Below are positions 42,229 to 54,132 of a stretch of DNA of 64,000 nt, piece by piece. Source of the stretch: Brevibacterium luteolum (GTDB taxonomy: Bacteria; Actinomycetota; Actinomycetes; Actinomycetales; Brevibacteriaceae). The translations under genes and the position numbers were made by a program. The stretch lies in NCBI RefSeq assembly GCF_013004595.1, contig NZ_JABEMC010000001.1:124001-188000 (forward strand), written 5' to 3'. The notes under the pieces were generated by a model, which did no database searches, was not told the origin of the DNA, and saw nothing but the letters and a program-made list of their open reading frames with translations. Numbering within the stretch: position 1 is the first letter of the stretch; every line of letters starts with the position of its first letter.

Positions 42229-45200
42229 GTGTCTACTGCACTGTACCGCCGCTACCGCCCGGAGACTTTCGATGAGGTCATCGGCCAGGACCATGTGGTC
42301 ACCCCGCTCATGGCCGCGATCGCCAATGACCGCATCAACCATGCCTATCTGTTCTCCGGCCCCCGCGGCTGCGGCAAGACCACCTCAGCGCGCATCCTCG
42401 CCCGCTGCCTCAACTGCGTCGAGGGCCCGACCGCGCAGCCGTGCGGGCAGTGCCCCAGCTGCCGCGACCTCGCCAACGACGGTCCCGGCTCACTCGACGT
42501 CGTCGAGATCGACGCAGCCAGCCACAACGGTGTCGATGACGCCCGTGACCTGCGCGAACGTGCGGTCTACGCGCCTGCCCGTGACCGGTTCAAGGTCTTC
42601 ATCCTCGATGAGGCGCATATGGTCACGCCGCAGGGCTTCAACGCCCTGCTCAAGCTCGTCGAGGAGCCGCCGGCGCATGTGAAGTTCGTCTTCGCGACCA
42701 CCGAGCCGGAGAAGGTCATCGGCACCATCCGCTCGCGTACGCACCACTACCCCTTCCGGCTCGTCCCGCCCGAGGTGCTCACCGGCTATCTCGAGGAGCT
42801 GTGCACGCGGGAGAACGTGCCGGTCTCTAAGGGCGTGCTGCCGCTGGTCGTGCGCGCCGGCGGCGGATCGGTGCGCGATTCGCTCTCCGTGCTCGACCAG
42901 CTCATGGCCGGCGCCGGAGCTGACGGCGTCGACTACCACACCGCGATCGCGCTGCTGGGCTACACGCCCGATTCGCTGCTCGGTGACATCGTCGACGCAT
43001 TCTCCGCCGGTGACGGGGCGGCGGTGTTCCGGGTCGTCGACCGGGTCATCGAGTCCGGCCAGGATCCGCGCCGGTTCGTTGAGGATCTGCTCGAGAGGTT
43101 CCGCGACCTGGTGGTCGTCGGTGCCGCGCCCGAGGCGGCGGCCTCGTTCCTGCCTGAGGTCCCCTCCGATCGCCTGGAGCGACTCGTCCAGCAGGCCCGG
43201 TCGTTCGGCCAGGCCGAGCTGTCCCGGGCTGCGGATCTTTTCAATACGGGGCTGTCGGAGATGTCCGGCGCGACCTCGCCGCGACTGCAGCTCGAGCTCA
43301 TCTGTGCGCGCGTGCTGCTGCCGGCTGCCGAGAAGTCCCGCCGGTCAACGCTCAGCCGTGTAGAGCGGATCGAACGCCGCATCGGCATGGGTGCCACCGG
43401 CACTCTGCCGCCTGGAGCAGTTCCGGCTGCCGTACCCGAGGGCACCGATAACGGTCCTGGTGCTGCCGAGGCCGGTAGCACCGCTGGTGTTGCCGCGCAG
43501 ACTGAGTCTGCCCAGCCTGCGAAGCCTGCGCCAGCTCCTGCGCGCAGCGTCGACGACGACCTCAACGAGTTCGCAGCTGCTGCCGCTGCAGCAGAATCCA
43601 TGCTCAGTGATGAACCAGACGCCGGGCAGTCCGCAGAATCCGCCCCGGCGGCTGACCCGTCATCGCCCGAACCGACATCTGCAGCGCCCGAGGCGACTGC
43701 GCCTGAGCCGACCGCGTCAGCCGTGCCCGAAGCCGCTGCCACCGCTGCGCGGCGTGCCGCAGACTCTTCTGCTCCCGCAGCCGCAGACGCCGGCCAGCAG
43801 ACTGGTGCGCAGCAGCCGACGGAATCGCAGCAGCCAGCTCAGCCTCAACCGTCTGCTCGGCCCGAACAGGCCCGGCCGCAGTCGGCCCCGGCAGCCCAGA
43901 CTTCTCCTCAGCCCGGGCAGGTCTCGCAGCCCAGCCAGACGCAGGGCATGCAACAGCCGTCCCAGCCTCAGCCTGCCTCCGAGCCTGCGCAGCCGCCGAC
44001 CCCCGCCTCGGGACCGGGACAGCCAGGAGCGGAGATCGATGCGATCCGCCGCGCTTGGCCCGACATCCTCGACGCGCTCGGCCGCACAGCGAAGCTCGCT
44101 CGCGCGATCGTGAGCAACAGTGCGGTGCCCTATGGATTCACCGACGGTGTCTTCTACCTCGGGTTCGACAACCCTGGTGCGCTCAACTCCTTCAATCGCG
44201 GAAACAACGCGCAGAAGCTGAGCGAAGCGCTCAATGACGTGCTCGGCATCCAAGCCCGTGTCGAAGTCGGCCCGGCGAGCGGAAACGTGCCCGGAGTCAA
44301 CAGCGGCGGCGCGCCCGCAGCCAACCCGGGCAACCCCGGTGGGGGAGCTGGCGGGCCGCAGAGTTCCCGTGGACCGGAGCAGCAGAACACGATCAACCGC
44401 CCGCGGCCCACGCAGGAGGAGATCGACTCCGTCGTCGGCCCCCGCGAGGCCGACCGCGAGCCGATCGACCATGAGCGCTTCTGGCAGAGCCCCGGCGATA
44501 CAGCAGTTGCCGAATCCGCCGCCGACGATGCGGAGGAAGGGCAAGGCCTAGACCACCCCGCAGCCGAGACGCCTGACACGGCAGGGGAGAAGCCGAACGC
44601 AGAGCAGTCCGAACCGGAACCGCAGGCAAACCCCGGCAGCCAGCCGACAAGGGAAGAGTCGACCGCGGACGAGTCGACTGAGGAACGGTCGGCAGCGAAC
44701 CAGCCAGCTGCCGAAGAACCGGCGGCTCCTCAGCAGCACCCCGCACGCCAGGCACCTATCGCCGATGACGTCGAAGAGCCTGACGACGGACCCGAACGAC
44801 CACCGGAGGACGACTACTACGCAGGTGCTGACTTCGGCGACCCGTATGAGGCAGATACGAGCGCAGGCTCCGGCGCGGTCGATATGCCAGCCGTCGTCGT
44901 ACCACCGCCAGCAGCCATCGACGACGAGCCCGATTCATTCGGTGCCGATTCAGGCGACCCCGGAACGACTGACGCGGCAGACTCCGACGCGGCAACGACT
45001 GACGCTGGTGCCCCGGACGCCTCGGCGCCCTCGGCGAGCGGCAGTGCGTCGGACAGCGACGATGACCTCGACTTCCTCGGCGCCTATGCCGACCCGAACA
45101 TCGCCTTCACCACCAACGACGGACCGGAAGCCCCGCTGCCGAAGGGCGAGGAGCCGGTAGAATCGGCCAACCCGTACGCCAGCTTCGCGCAGCGCGCCCA

Positions 45201-45509
45201 GCAGAACGGCAATGGCAGCACCCCTGGCCACGACGCGAACCCAGGTGCTGCCGAACAGGCAGCCCACACCTCGGGCCCGGCCGACGCCGCAGACCCGGGG
45301 CCTGCGGCAGGCAGCGGACCGGCAATGGCTGGTGCCGCCAACGGCGACGGGCCGGAAGCCCAGCGCCAGCAGACCGGCGCCGGTCGGCCCGATGACGGAT
45401 ACGAGGACTTCGATCCCGATACGGATATGGACATCACCGAGGCCCCTGACGTCGGCGTGCCCGTCGTCGAACGAATCCTCGGCGGTGTCGTGATCGAGGA
45501 GACGGACGC

Positions 45510-45513
<4 letters not shown>
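42229..45513 (+). CDS. dnaX: DNA polymerase III subunit gamma/tau
   Basis: [24 protein letters not shown]; long low-complexity linkers; C-terminal VVERILGG. Confidence 0.95.
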
Positions 45514-46118
<605 letters not shown>

Positions 46119-46179
46119 CAGCCGAAGCCCTGTAACGGAGGCCCCGTGACAGGAGCCCAGCGGCCCTGCACACACAGCC

Positions 46180-46217
46180 CAGCCCGGCCGGAACCCCGGC
46201 CGGGCTGAATTTTTTTT
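46180..46217 (+). terminator. intrinsic terminator after recR
   Basis: cagcccggccg-gaaccc-cggccgggctg plus T8. Confidence 0.85.
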
Positions 46218-46245
46218 CTGGGGCCTCACCAGGCACAACGCAGTT

Positions 46246-46331
46246 TATCGACTATCGATATGCCGCAGGCCCTTCACTCCTTTATCGAAACTCGAGAAGT
46301 ATATTGATTGTCGATATATCGAGAATCGATA
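46246..46331. promoter_or_regulatory. four palindromic operator-like sites TATCGA-N3-TCGATA
   Basis: copies at 46246-46260, 46283-46297, 46302-46316, 46317-46331. Confidence 0.7.
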
Positions 46332-46385
46332 TACGACGATGACAACCCTCGATTAAGATGGCAACCCTCGATTAAGGAGAAGCCC

Positions 46386-47009
46386 ATGAACACCCCGGGC
46401 AACACAGCACCTGCAACCGCCGCCGGCCGTCGCAAGAGCCGCGGAGGCCTGGAACTCTTCAGCCTCATGGCCCTGGCTGTCATCCTCGTCAACGCCGTCA
46501 CCAGCATCGTGCGGGCGATCGTCAACCGCGAACTCACCGTCTCGCTCGAGCTGCCGGACGAAACCGAAGGCCTCATCTCCGGAGTCCCGGCCCGCGCCGA
46601 CGGGCTCATGAGCTTCATCATCCCCTTCGATGAGCTCAGCGCATGGGCGATCACCCACGTGCTCATCGCACAGATCATCCTCGTCGCCGGAACCCTCGTC
46701 GCAGGCTGGTACCTCAGCCGGGTCATCAGCATCATCGCCGAAGGCAAGCCGCTGTCGCAGCGGGCCTCGCGCTTCCTGAGCATCGCCTTCTGGGTCGCCT
46801 TCGGCACGGGACTGGCCGTCGGACTCAACCTCATGCTCGGCGGCAACCTCGTCACCCGCGACCTCGGCATCGCCGAAGCCGGCTTCACCAACGGAGTCAC
46901 CACCATGGGCAGCTTCGTCTGGCTCGGCGTCCTCGGCCTCATCCAGGTCTTCCGCCTGGCCCTGCAGCGCGGCCAGCGCGCAGAGGACGAGCTCGAAGGA
47001 GTCATCTGA
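46386..47009 (+). CDS. DUF2975-like membrane protein
   Basis: 4 TM segments; C-terminal G..AEDELEGVI; AAGGAG RBS; coupled to HTH gene. Confidence 0.7.
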   Translation: MNTPGNTAPATAAGRRKSRGGLELFSLMALAVILVNAVTSIVRAIVNRELTVSLELPDETEGLISGVPARADGLMSFIIPFDELSAWAITHVLIAQIILVAGTLVAGWYLSRVISIIAEGKPLSQRASRFLSIAFWVAFGTGLAVGLNLMLGGNLVTRDLGIAEAGFTNGVTTMGSFVWLGVLGLIQVFRLALQRGQRAEDELEGVI

Positions 47010-47251
47010 TGAGCACCGAGAACACCACCCGCGCGGTCCGCTGCCACCTCGACGAGCTGCTCACCGCCCGCGGCAAGACCCTGACCGAACTGGCGAACGA
47101 GGTGGGCATGACACTGGCCAACCTCTCGGTGCTGAAGAACAACCGCGCCAAGGCCATCCGCTACACCACACTCGTGGCCCTGTGCGACGCACTGGACTGC
47201 CAGCCCGGTGACCTCTTCACCGTGGTCGAGGTGCCGGTCCCGGCCGGCTGA
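47009..47251 (+). CDS. Cro/CI-type HTH regulator (HTH_26/YozG-like)
   Basis: [43 protein letters not shown] overlap. Confidence 0.88.
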   Translation: MSTENTTRAVRCHLDELLTARGKTLTELANEVGMTLANLSVLKNNRAKAIRYTTLVALCDALDCQPGDLFTVVEVPVPAG

Positions 47252-47444
47252 CCCCGCACCTCCCGAGAACTCAGCCCCCACCTCGGGACCGGCGCACCCC
47301 TCAGAGACCGAGCCCCCACCTCGGGACTGGAAAGGCCCGTCATCGTCCAGATGGCGGGGCCTTCTGATGCCCGCGCGGGCCGGTGTTTACAATGGGCCGT
47401 GGCGTTGCGAGCAACGCGACTGTACCCGGACGAAAGTGATTGCT

Positions 47445-49786
<2,342 letters not shown>

Positions 49787-50139
49787 GGTGACAGACAGCC
49801 GCAGTGAGTGGTAGCTGTCGGTGCGGGGGGTGGGTTGCGCCGGGCTGCCGGCGCGGCGACTGTTCAAACGGCGGCTGTCTGTACCGCGGGTCCGATCCTC
49901 GCGGCTGCTGCGGTTAGGAGCTCCTGCCCGCAGCAGCCGCATGCGGTGGGCACAGCCATCTGCATGCAGTGCATGCGCGCGTGCGGCGTCCGCACACGAC
50001 GCTGATCTGCTCGCCGGAGCGCGCAGATGAACGGGCATCCCAGAAGCATAAAGGAATTGCAATAGATCCATTAGCGCATGATTGATGTGTAGGAGTAACG
50101 TTCGACGAGATCGACAATCTTCGCCTGGAAAGGTGTCCT

Positions 50140-51261
50140 ATGCGCTCGCTTCGCACCCCTGTACTCGCGGCTCTCGCCGCTGGTTCCCTCGTCGCGCTGG
50201 CCGGCTGCGGTGGTTCCGACAGCTCCACTGAGGCCAACAAGGACTTCACCGTTGTGACCTCCACCAACGTGTACGCCGACATCGTCAAGAACGTCGCCGG
50301 CGATGCAGCTGAGGTGACGCCGGTCATCGACGATCCGACGCAGGATCCCCACGACTACGAGGCCACCGCCCAGGACCAGCTCAAGCTGTCGAAGGCCGAC
50401 ATGGTCGTCGTCAACGGCGGCTATGACGCCTTCATGACGACGATGCTCGAGGCTGCAGATCACAAACCGACCGTCGTCGACACCGTGGCCATCTCGGGCC
50501 TGCCGGGCTCGGAGGGCGTGGCCAACGAACCTCACGACCATGATCACGGTGACGAAGACGGCCACGACCACGGTGAAGAAGGCCATGACCACGGCACCGA
50601 GGATGCCCACGACCATGGTGAAGAAGGCCACGAGGACCACGATCACGGTACTGAAGACGCCCATGACCACGGCGAAGACGCCCATGACCACGGCGAAGAG
50701 GGCCACGATCACGACCATGACCACGGCGCCTTCAATGAACACGTCTGGTACTCCGTGCCGACGATGACGAAACTCGTCGACGAGGTCTCCTCGAAGCTGA
50801 GCGACGAGCTGCCCGACAGCGCTGACGACATCAAGAAGAACGCTGAGGACTACAAGGCCGAACTCGGCAAGCTGCAGTCCCAGCTCGACGAGGCGAAGTC
50901 CCAGCACGAGGGTGAGAAGGCCGCGGCCACCGAGCCGATCGCCCTGTGGCTCTTCCACGACATGGGCATCGAGAACATCACCTCCCAGGACTTCCTCTCC
51001 GCCGTCGAACACGGCGACGATGTGCCGCCGCTGGTGCTGAAGAAGGCCAAGGAGCAGATCGAGAACAAGGAAGTCGTCGTCCTCGCCTACAATTCGCAGA
51101 ACGCCGGCCCGCAGGCCGACGAACTGAAGAAGACCGCCGAAAGCGCCGGTGTGCCGGTCGTGAATCTGGCGGAGACCATGGACAATGACGAGAAGTACAT
51201 CGACTGGATGGGCGACTACATCAAGGACGTCCAGGAAGCGCTGGCAGGTCACGATCACTGA
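50140..51261 (+). CDS. znuA: metal (Zn/Mn) ABC substrate-binding lipoprotein with His-rich loop
   Basis: lipobox LAGC, DPHDYE, NEHVWY, (HDHGEE)n insert. Confidence 0.85.
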   Translation: MRSLRTPVLAALAAGSLVALAGCGGSDSSTEANKDFTVVTSTNVYADIVKNVAGDAAEVTPVIDDPTQDPHDYEATAQDQLKLSKADMVVVNGGYDAFMTTMLEAADHKPTVVDTVAISGLPGSEGVANEPHDHDHGDEDGHDHGEEGHDHGTEDAHDHGEEGHEDHDHGTEDAHDHGEDAHDHGEEGHDHDHDHGAFNEHVWYSVPTMTKLVDEVSSKLSDELPDSADDIKKNAEDYKAELGKLQSQLDEAKSQHEGEKAAATEPIALWLFHDMGIENITSQDFLSAVEHGDDVPPLVLKKAKEQIENKEVVVLAYNSQNAGPQADELKKTAESAGVPVVNLAETMDNDEKYIDWMGDYIKDVQEALAGHDH

Positions 51262-52087
51262 TTCGGCTCCACACAGCACCAACCCGGTCCTCGAGCTCAG
51301 CGACGCACAGCTGCGTTTCGGGGACCGGGTGCTGTGGCACAACCTCAACATCGACGTCGAGCCCGGCGAGTTCATCGCCATCCTCGGCCCCAACGGCTGC
51401 GGCAAGACCTCCCTGCTCAAGGTCCTCCTCGGACAGTATCAACTGTATTCCGGTACGGCCCGCGTCAACGGCCACCGCGCCCGACGCGGAGACCCGGACA
51501 TCGGCTACATCCCCCAGCAGCGCGGCATCGACGACGACACCCCGATGCGCGGCCGCGACCTCGTGCGCATGGGACTCGACGGCCACCGCTGGGGACCGGG
51601 CTGGTTCTCCCGCTCGCGCAGCCAGAAGGTCGAAGCGCTGCTCGAAGAGGTCGGTGCCCAGACCTACGCCGACTCCCCGGTCGGCATGCTCTCCGGTGGC
51701 GAACTGCAGCGCCTGCGCGTCGCCCAGGCTCTCAGCTCGGACCCGCACCTGCTGCTGTGCGATGAGCCGCTGCTGCACCTGGACATGACCCATCAGCGGC
51801 TCGTGGCCCGCCTGCTGCACGAGAAGCGCCGGGCCCGCCAGACCGCGATCCTCTTCGTCACCCATGAGATCAACCCGATCCTGCCCTACGTCGACCGGGT
51901 CCTCTACATCGCCGGCGGACATTTCCTCGTCGGCACCCCAGACGAAGTCATCAACTCCGCGGCGCTCAGCGAACTCTACGGCTCACCGATCGACGTCGTG
52001 CGCGCCGGCGGGCGCATCGTCATCGTCGGCAGCGACTCCGACCATCACCCGATCCATCACCCCGAGCCCTCGGCCGGGGCGATCTGA
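51185..52087 (+). CDS. znuC: metal ABC transporter ATP-binding protein
   Basis: GPNGCGKT, LSGGELQR, CDEP; start uncertain. Confidence 0.85.
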   Translation: MTRSTSTGWATTSRTSRKRWQVTITDSAPHSTNPVLELSDAQLRFGDRVLWHNLNIDVEPGEFIAILGPNGCGKTSLLKVLLGQYQLYSGTARVNGHRARRGDPDIGYIPQQRGIDDDTPMRGRDLVRMGLDGHRWGPGWFSRSRSQKVEALLEEVGAQTYADSPVGMLSGGELQRLRVAQALSSDPHLLLCDEPLLHLDMTHQRLVARLLHEKRRARQTAILFVTHEINPILPYVDRVLYIAGGHFLVGTPDEVINSAALSELYGSPIDVVRAGGRIVIVGSDSDHHPIHHPEPSAGAI

Positions 52088-52101
52088 GGAGCGCAGGCAC
52101 C

Positions 52102-53058
52102 ATGACTCACCTGGCATCGAACATCCTCACCGAGTACTTCACGTTCGAAAACTACGGCGAGCTCATCGTGCTGCTGCAGAACTCCTTGTTCGCAGCCGCA
52201 CTGCTCGGCGTGGTCGGCGGCCTCATCAGCGTCTTCGTCATGGCCCGCGACATTCCGTTCGCCGTCCACGGCGTCGCCGAACTCTCCTTCGCCGGAGCCT
52301 CCTTCGCGCTACTCATCAGCTTCGACGTCGTCTACGGCTCGATCATCGGCTCACTCGCTGCGGCTCTGCTCATCGGCATCGGCGGTGCGCGCAGCAGTGA
52401 GAAGAACACCATCACCGGCGTCCTCATGCCCTTCGGCCTAGGCCTCGGCATCCTGTTCCTGGCCCTCTACGACGGCCGCGCGGCGAACAAGTTCGGACTG
52501 CTCACCGGTCAGATCGTGGCGATCAACTCGGGCCAGATCCGCACGCTCGTCATCTGCGCGGTCATCGTCCTCGTCGTCCTCCTCATCATTTGGCGCCCAC
52601 TCGTCTTCGCCAGCATCGACCCGGCCGTCGCTCGCGCGAAGGGCGTTCCGGTCACCGCGCTCACGATCATCTTCATGCTCGCCCTCGGGCTGGCCGTCGC
52701 GCTGTCCGTCCAGGTCGTCGGCGTGCTCCTCGTCCTCGCCCTGCTCGTCACCCCGGCGGCGGCCGCCACCCAGATCTCAGCCTCTCCGGTTCTCGTGCCG
52801 GTCCTGTCGATGCTGTTCGCCGTCATCTCGTCCGTGGGCGGCATCCTCATCGCGCTCGGCTCACCGGTCGTGCCGATCAGCCCCTTCGTCACCACCATCA
52901 GCTTCCTCATCTACCTCATCTGCCGCCTCATCGGCCACCGCCGCAAATCCCGCCACACCCGCGCCCGGATCCGTCGTGAAGCCGATGTCCATCGCCACCC
53001 CTCGCTGGTGAGCACCGCTGACGAGGCGGGGGACGCCTCGGGCACGGACGCTCGCTGA
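52102..53058 (+). CDS. znuB: metal ABC transporter permease
   Basis: FAVHG..ELSFAG, LLTGQI, QVVGVLLV. Confidence 0.85.
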   Translation: MTHLASNILTEYFTFENYGELIVLLQNSLFAAALLGVVGGLISVFVMARDIPFAVHGVAELSFAGASFALLISFDVVYGSIIGSLAAALLIGIGGARSSEKNTITGVLMPFGLGLGILFLALYDGRAANKFGLLTGQIVAINSGQIRTLVICAVIVLVVLLIIWRPLVFASIDPAVARAKGVPVTALTIIFMLALGLAVALSVQVVGVLLVLALLVTPAAAATQISASPVLVPVLSMLFAVISSVGGILIALGSPVVPISPFVTTISFLIYLICRLIGHRRKSRHTRARIRREADVHRHPSLVSTADEAGDASGTDAR

Positions 53059-53089
53059 CCTGTCCCCGGTTGCCGCTAGGATGGGGCAG

Positions 53090-53995
53090 ATGAATCGAAC
53101 GCTCGCCACCACTCTCGCCGGAGCCGGGGCCGTGTCCGCGGCTGGGCTTGCCGGTGCCGTCTGGGCTGCCGGCATCGAACCGGCGCTGTTCCGCATCCGC
53201 CGCAGCACTGTGCCCGTGCTGCCGCCGGGTGCCGAGGACCTGCGCATCCTCCACATCTCCGACCTGCACCTGTGCGCGTGGCAGAAGAGGAAGATGGCAT
53301 TCGTCTCGCAGCTGGCCGAGCTCGAGCCCGACCTCATCGTCAACACCGGTGACAACCTCGCCGCCCCGATGCTCGAGCGGCTGCTGGAGGTCTACGACGA
53401 GCTCCTCGACGTTCCCGGGGTGTTCGTTCTGGGATCGAACGACTTCTTCGCCCCGCAGATGAAGAACCCGCTGCGCTATCTCGGCGCACCCTCAGAGGTG
53501 AAGCATTCGAAGAAGAATGCGACCCTGCCGACCATGGAGCTCGTCGACGCCTTCGCTGAGCGCGGCTGGGCCTTCCTCGACAACCGCGGCTCAGAGATCG
53601 AGCTGCGCGGCACCCGTCTGGCTTTCGCCGGCATCGGAGATGCGCACATGAACCGCGACCGGCTCGACGAGGAGTGGCCGCGCTTCGACGAACCGGCCGC
53701 CGATGTGCGCATCGGTGTCACCCATGCGCCGTACCTGCGCGTGCTCGATGCCTTCGCCGCCGCCGAAGCGGACCTCGCCTTCGCTGGTCACACGCACGGC
53801 GGGCAGGTGTGCATGCCCTTCTACGGAGCGCTGGTGACGAACTGCGACCTGCCGGCCCGGTATGCCAAGGGCACCTTCGACTACAGCGGCATGACGGTCA
53901 ATGTCTCGGCCGGGCTCGGGTTCTCGCCGTTCGCCCCAGTGCGTTTCGCGTGCCCACCGGAGGTCTCCCTCATCACCCTGACTGCCCGCAGCTGA
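53090..53995 (+). CDS. metallophosphoesterase
   Basis: SDLH, TGDN, GSND, GHTHGGQ; TAGGAT -10 7 nt upstream. Confidence 0.9.
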   Translation: MNRTLATTLAGAGAVSAAGLAGAVWAAGIEPALFRIRRSTVPVLPPGAEDLRILHISDLHLCAWQKRKMAFVSQLAELEPDLIVNTGDNLAAPMLERLLEVYDELLDVPGVFVLGSNDFFAPQMKNPLRYLGAPSEVKHSKKNATLPTMELVDAFAERGWAFLDNRGSEIELRGTRLAFAGIGDAHMNRDRLDEEWPRFDEPAADVRIGVTHAPYLRVLDAFAAAEADLAFAGHTHGGQVCMPFYGALVTNCDLPARYAKGTFDYSGMTVNVSAGLGFSPFAPVRFACPPEVSLITLTARS

Positions 53996-54030
53996 GGCCC
54001 ATTTGGACCTTCCGTGTCCGACCCTGCGGG

Positions 54031-54064
54031 CCCGGTGGGGCGTTAGCCGCCCCACCGGGACTTT
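54031..54064 (+). terminator. intrinsic terminator
   Basis: cccggtggggcg...cgccccaccggg plus acttt. Confidence 0.65.
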
Positions 54065-54132
54065 CGTGATTGTCAGGTTCATTGGGCGAATGCTGAGGGA
54101 ATCGACTTGCGCTGTTCGTTAAAATGATCCGC

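Noticed and set aside
50048..50076. Zur box upstream of znuA
   Set aside because: AT-rich and well placed, but only a half-site-like CATTA match; I cannot support a full palindrome.
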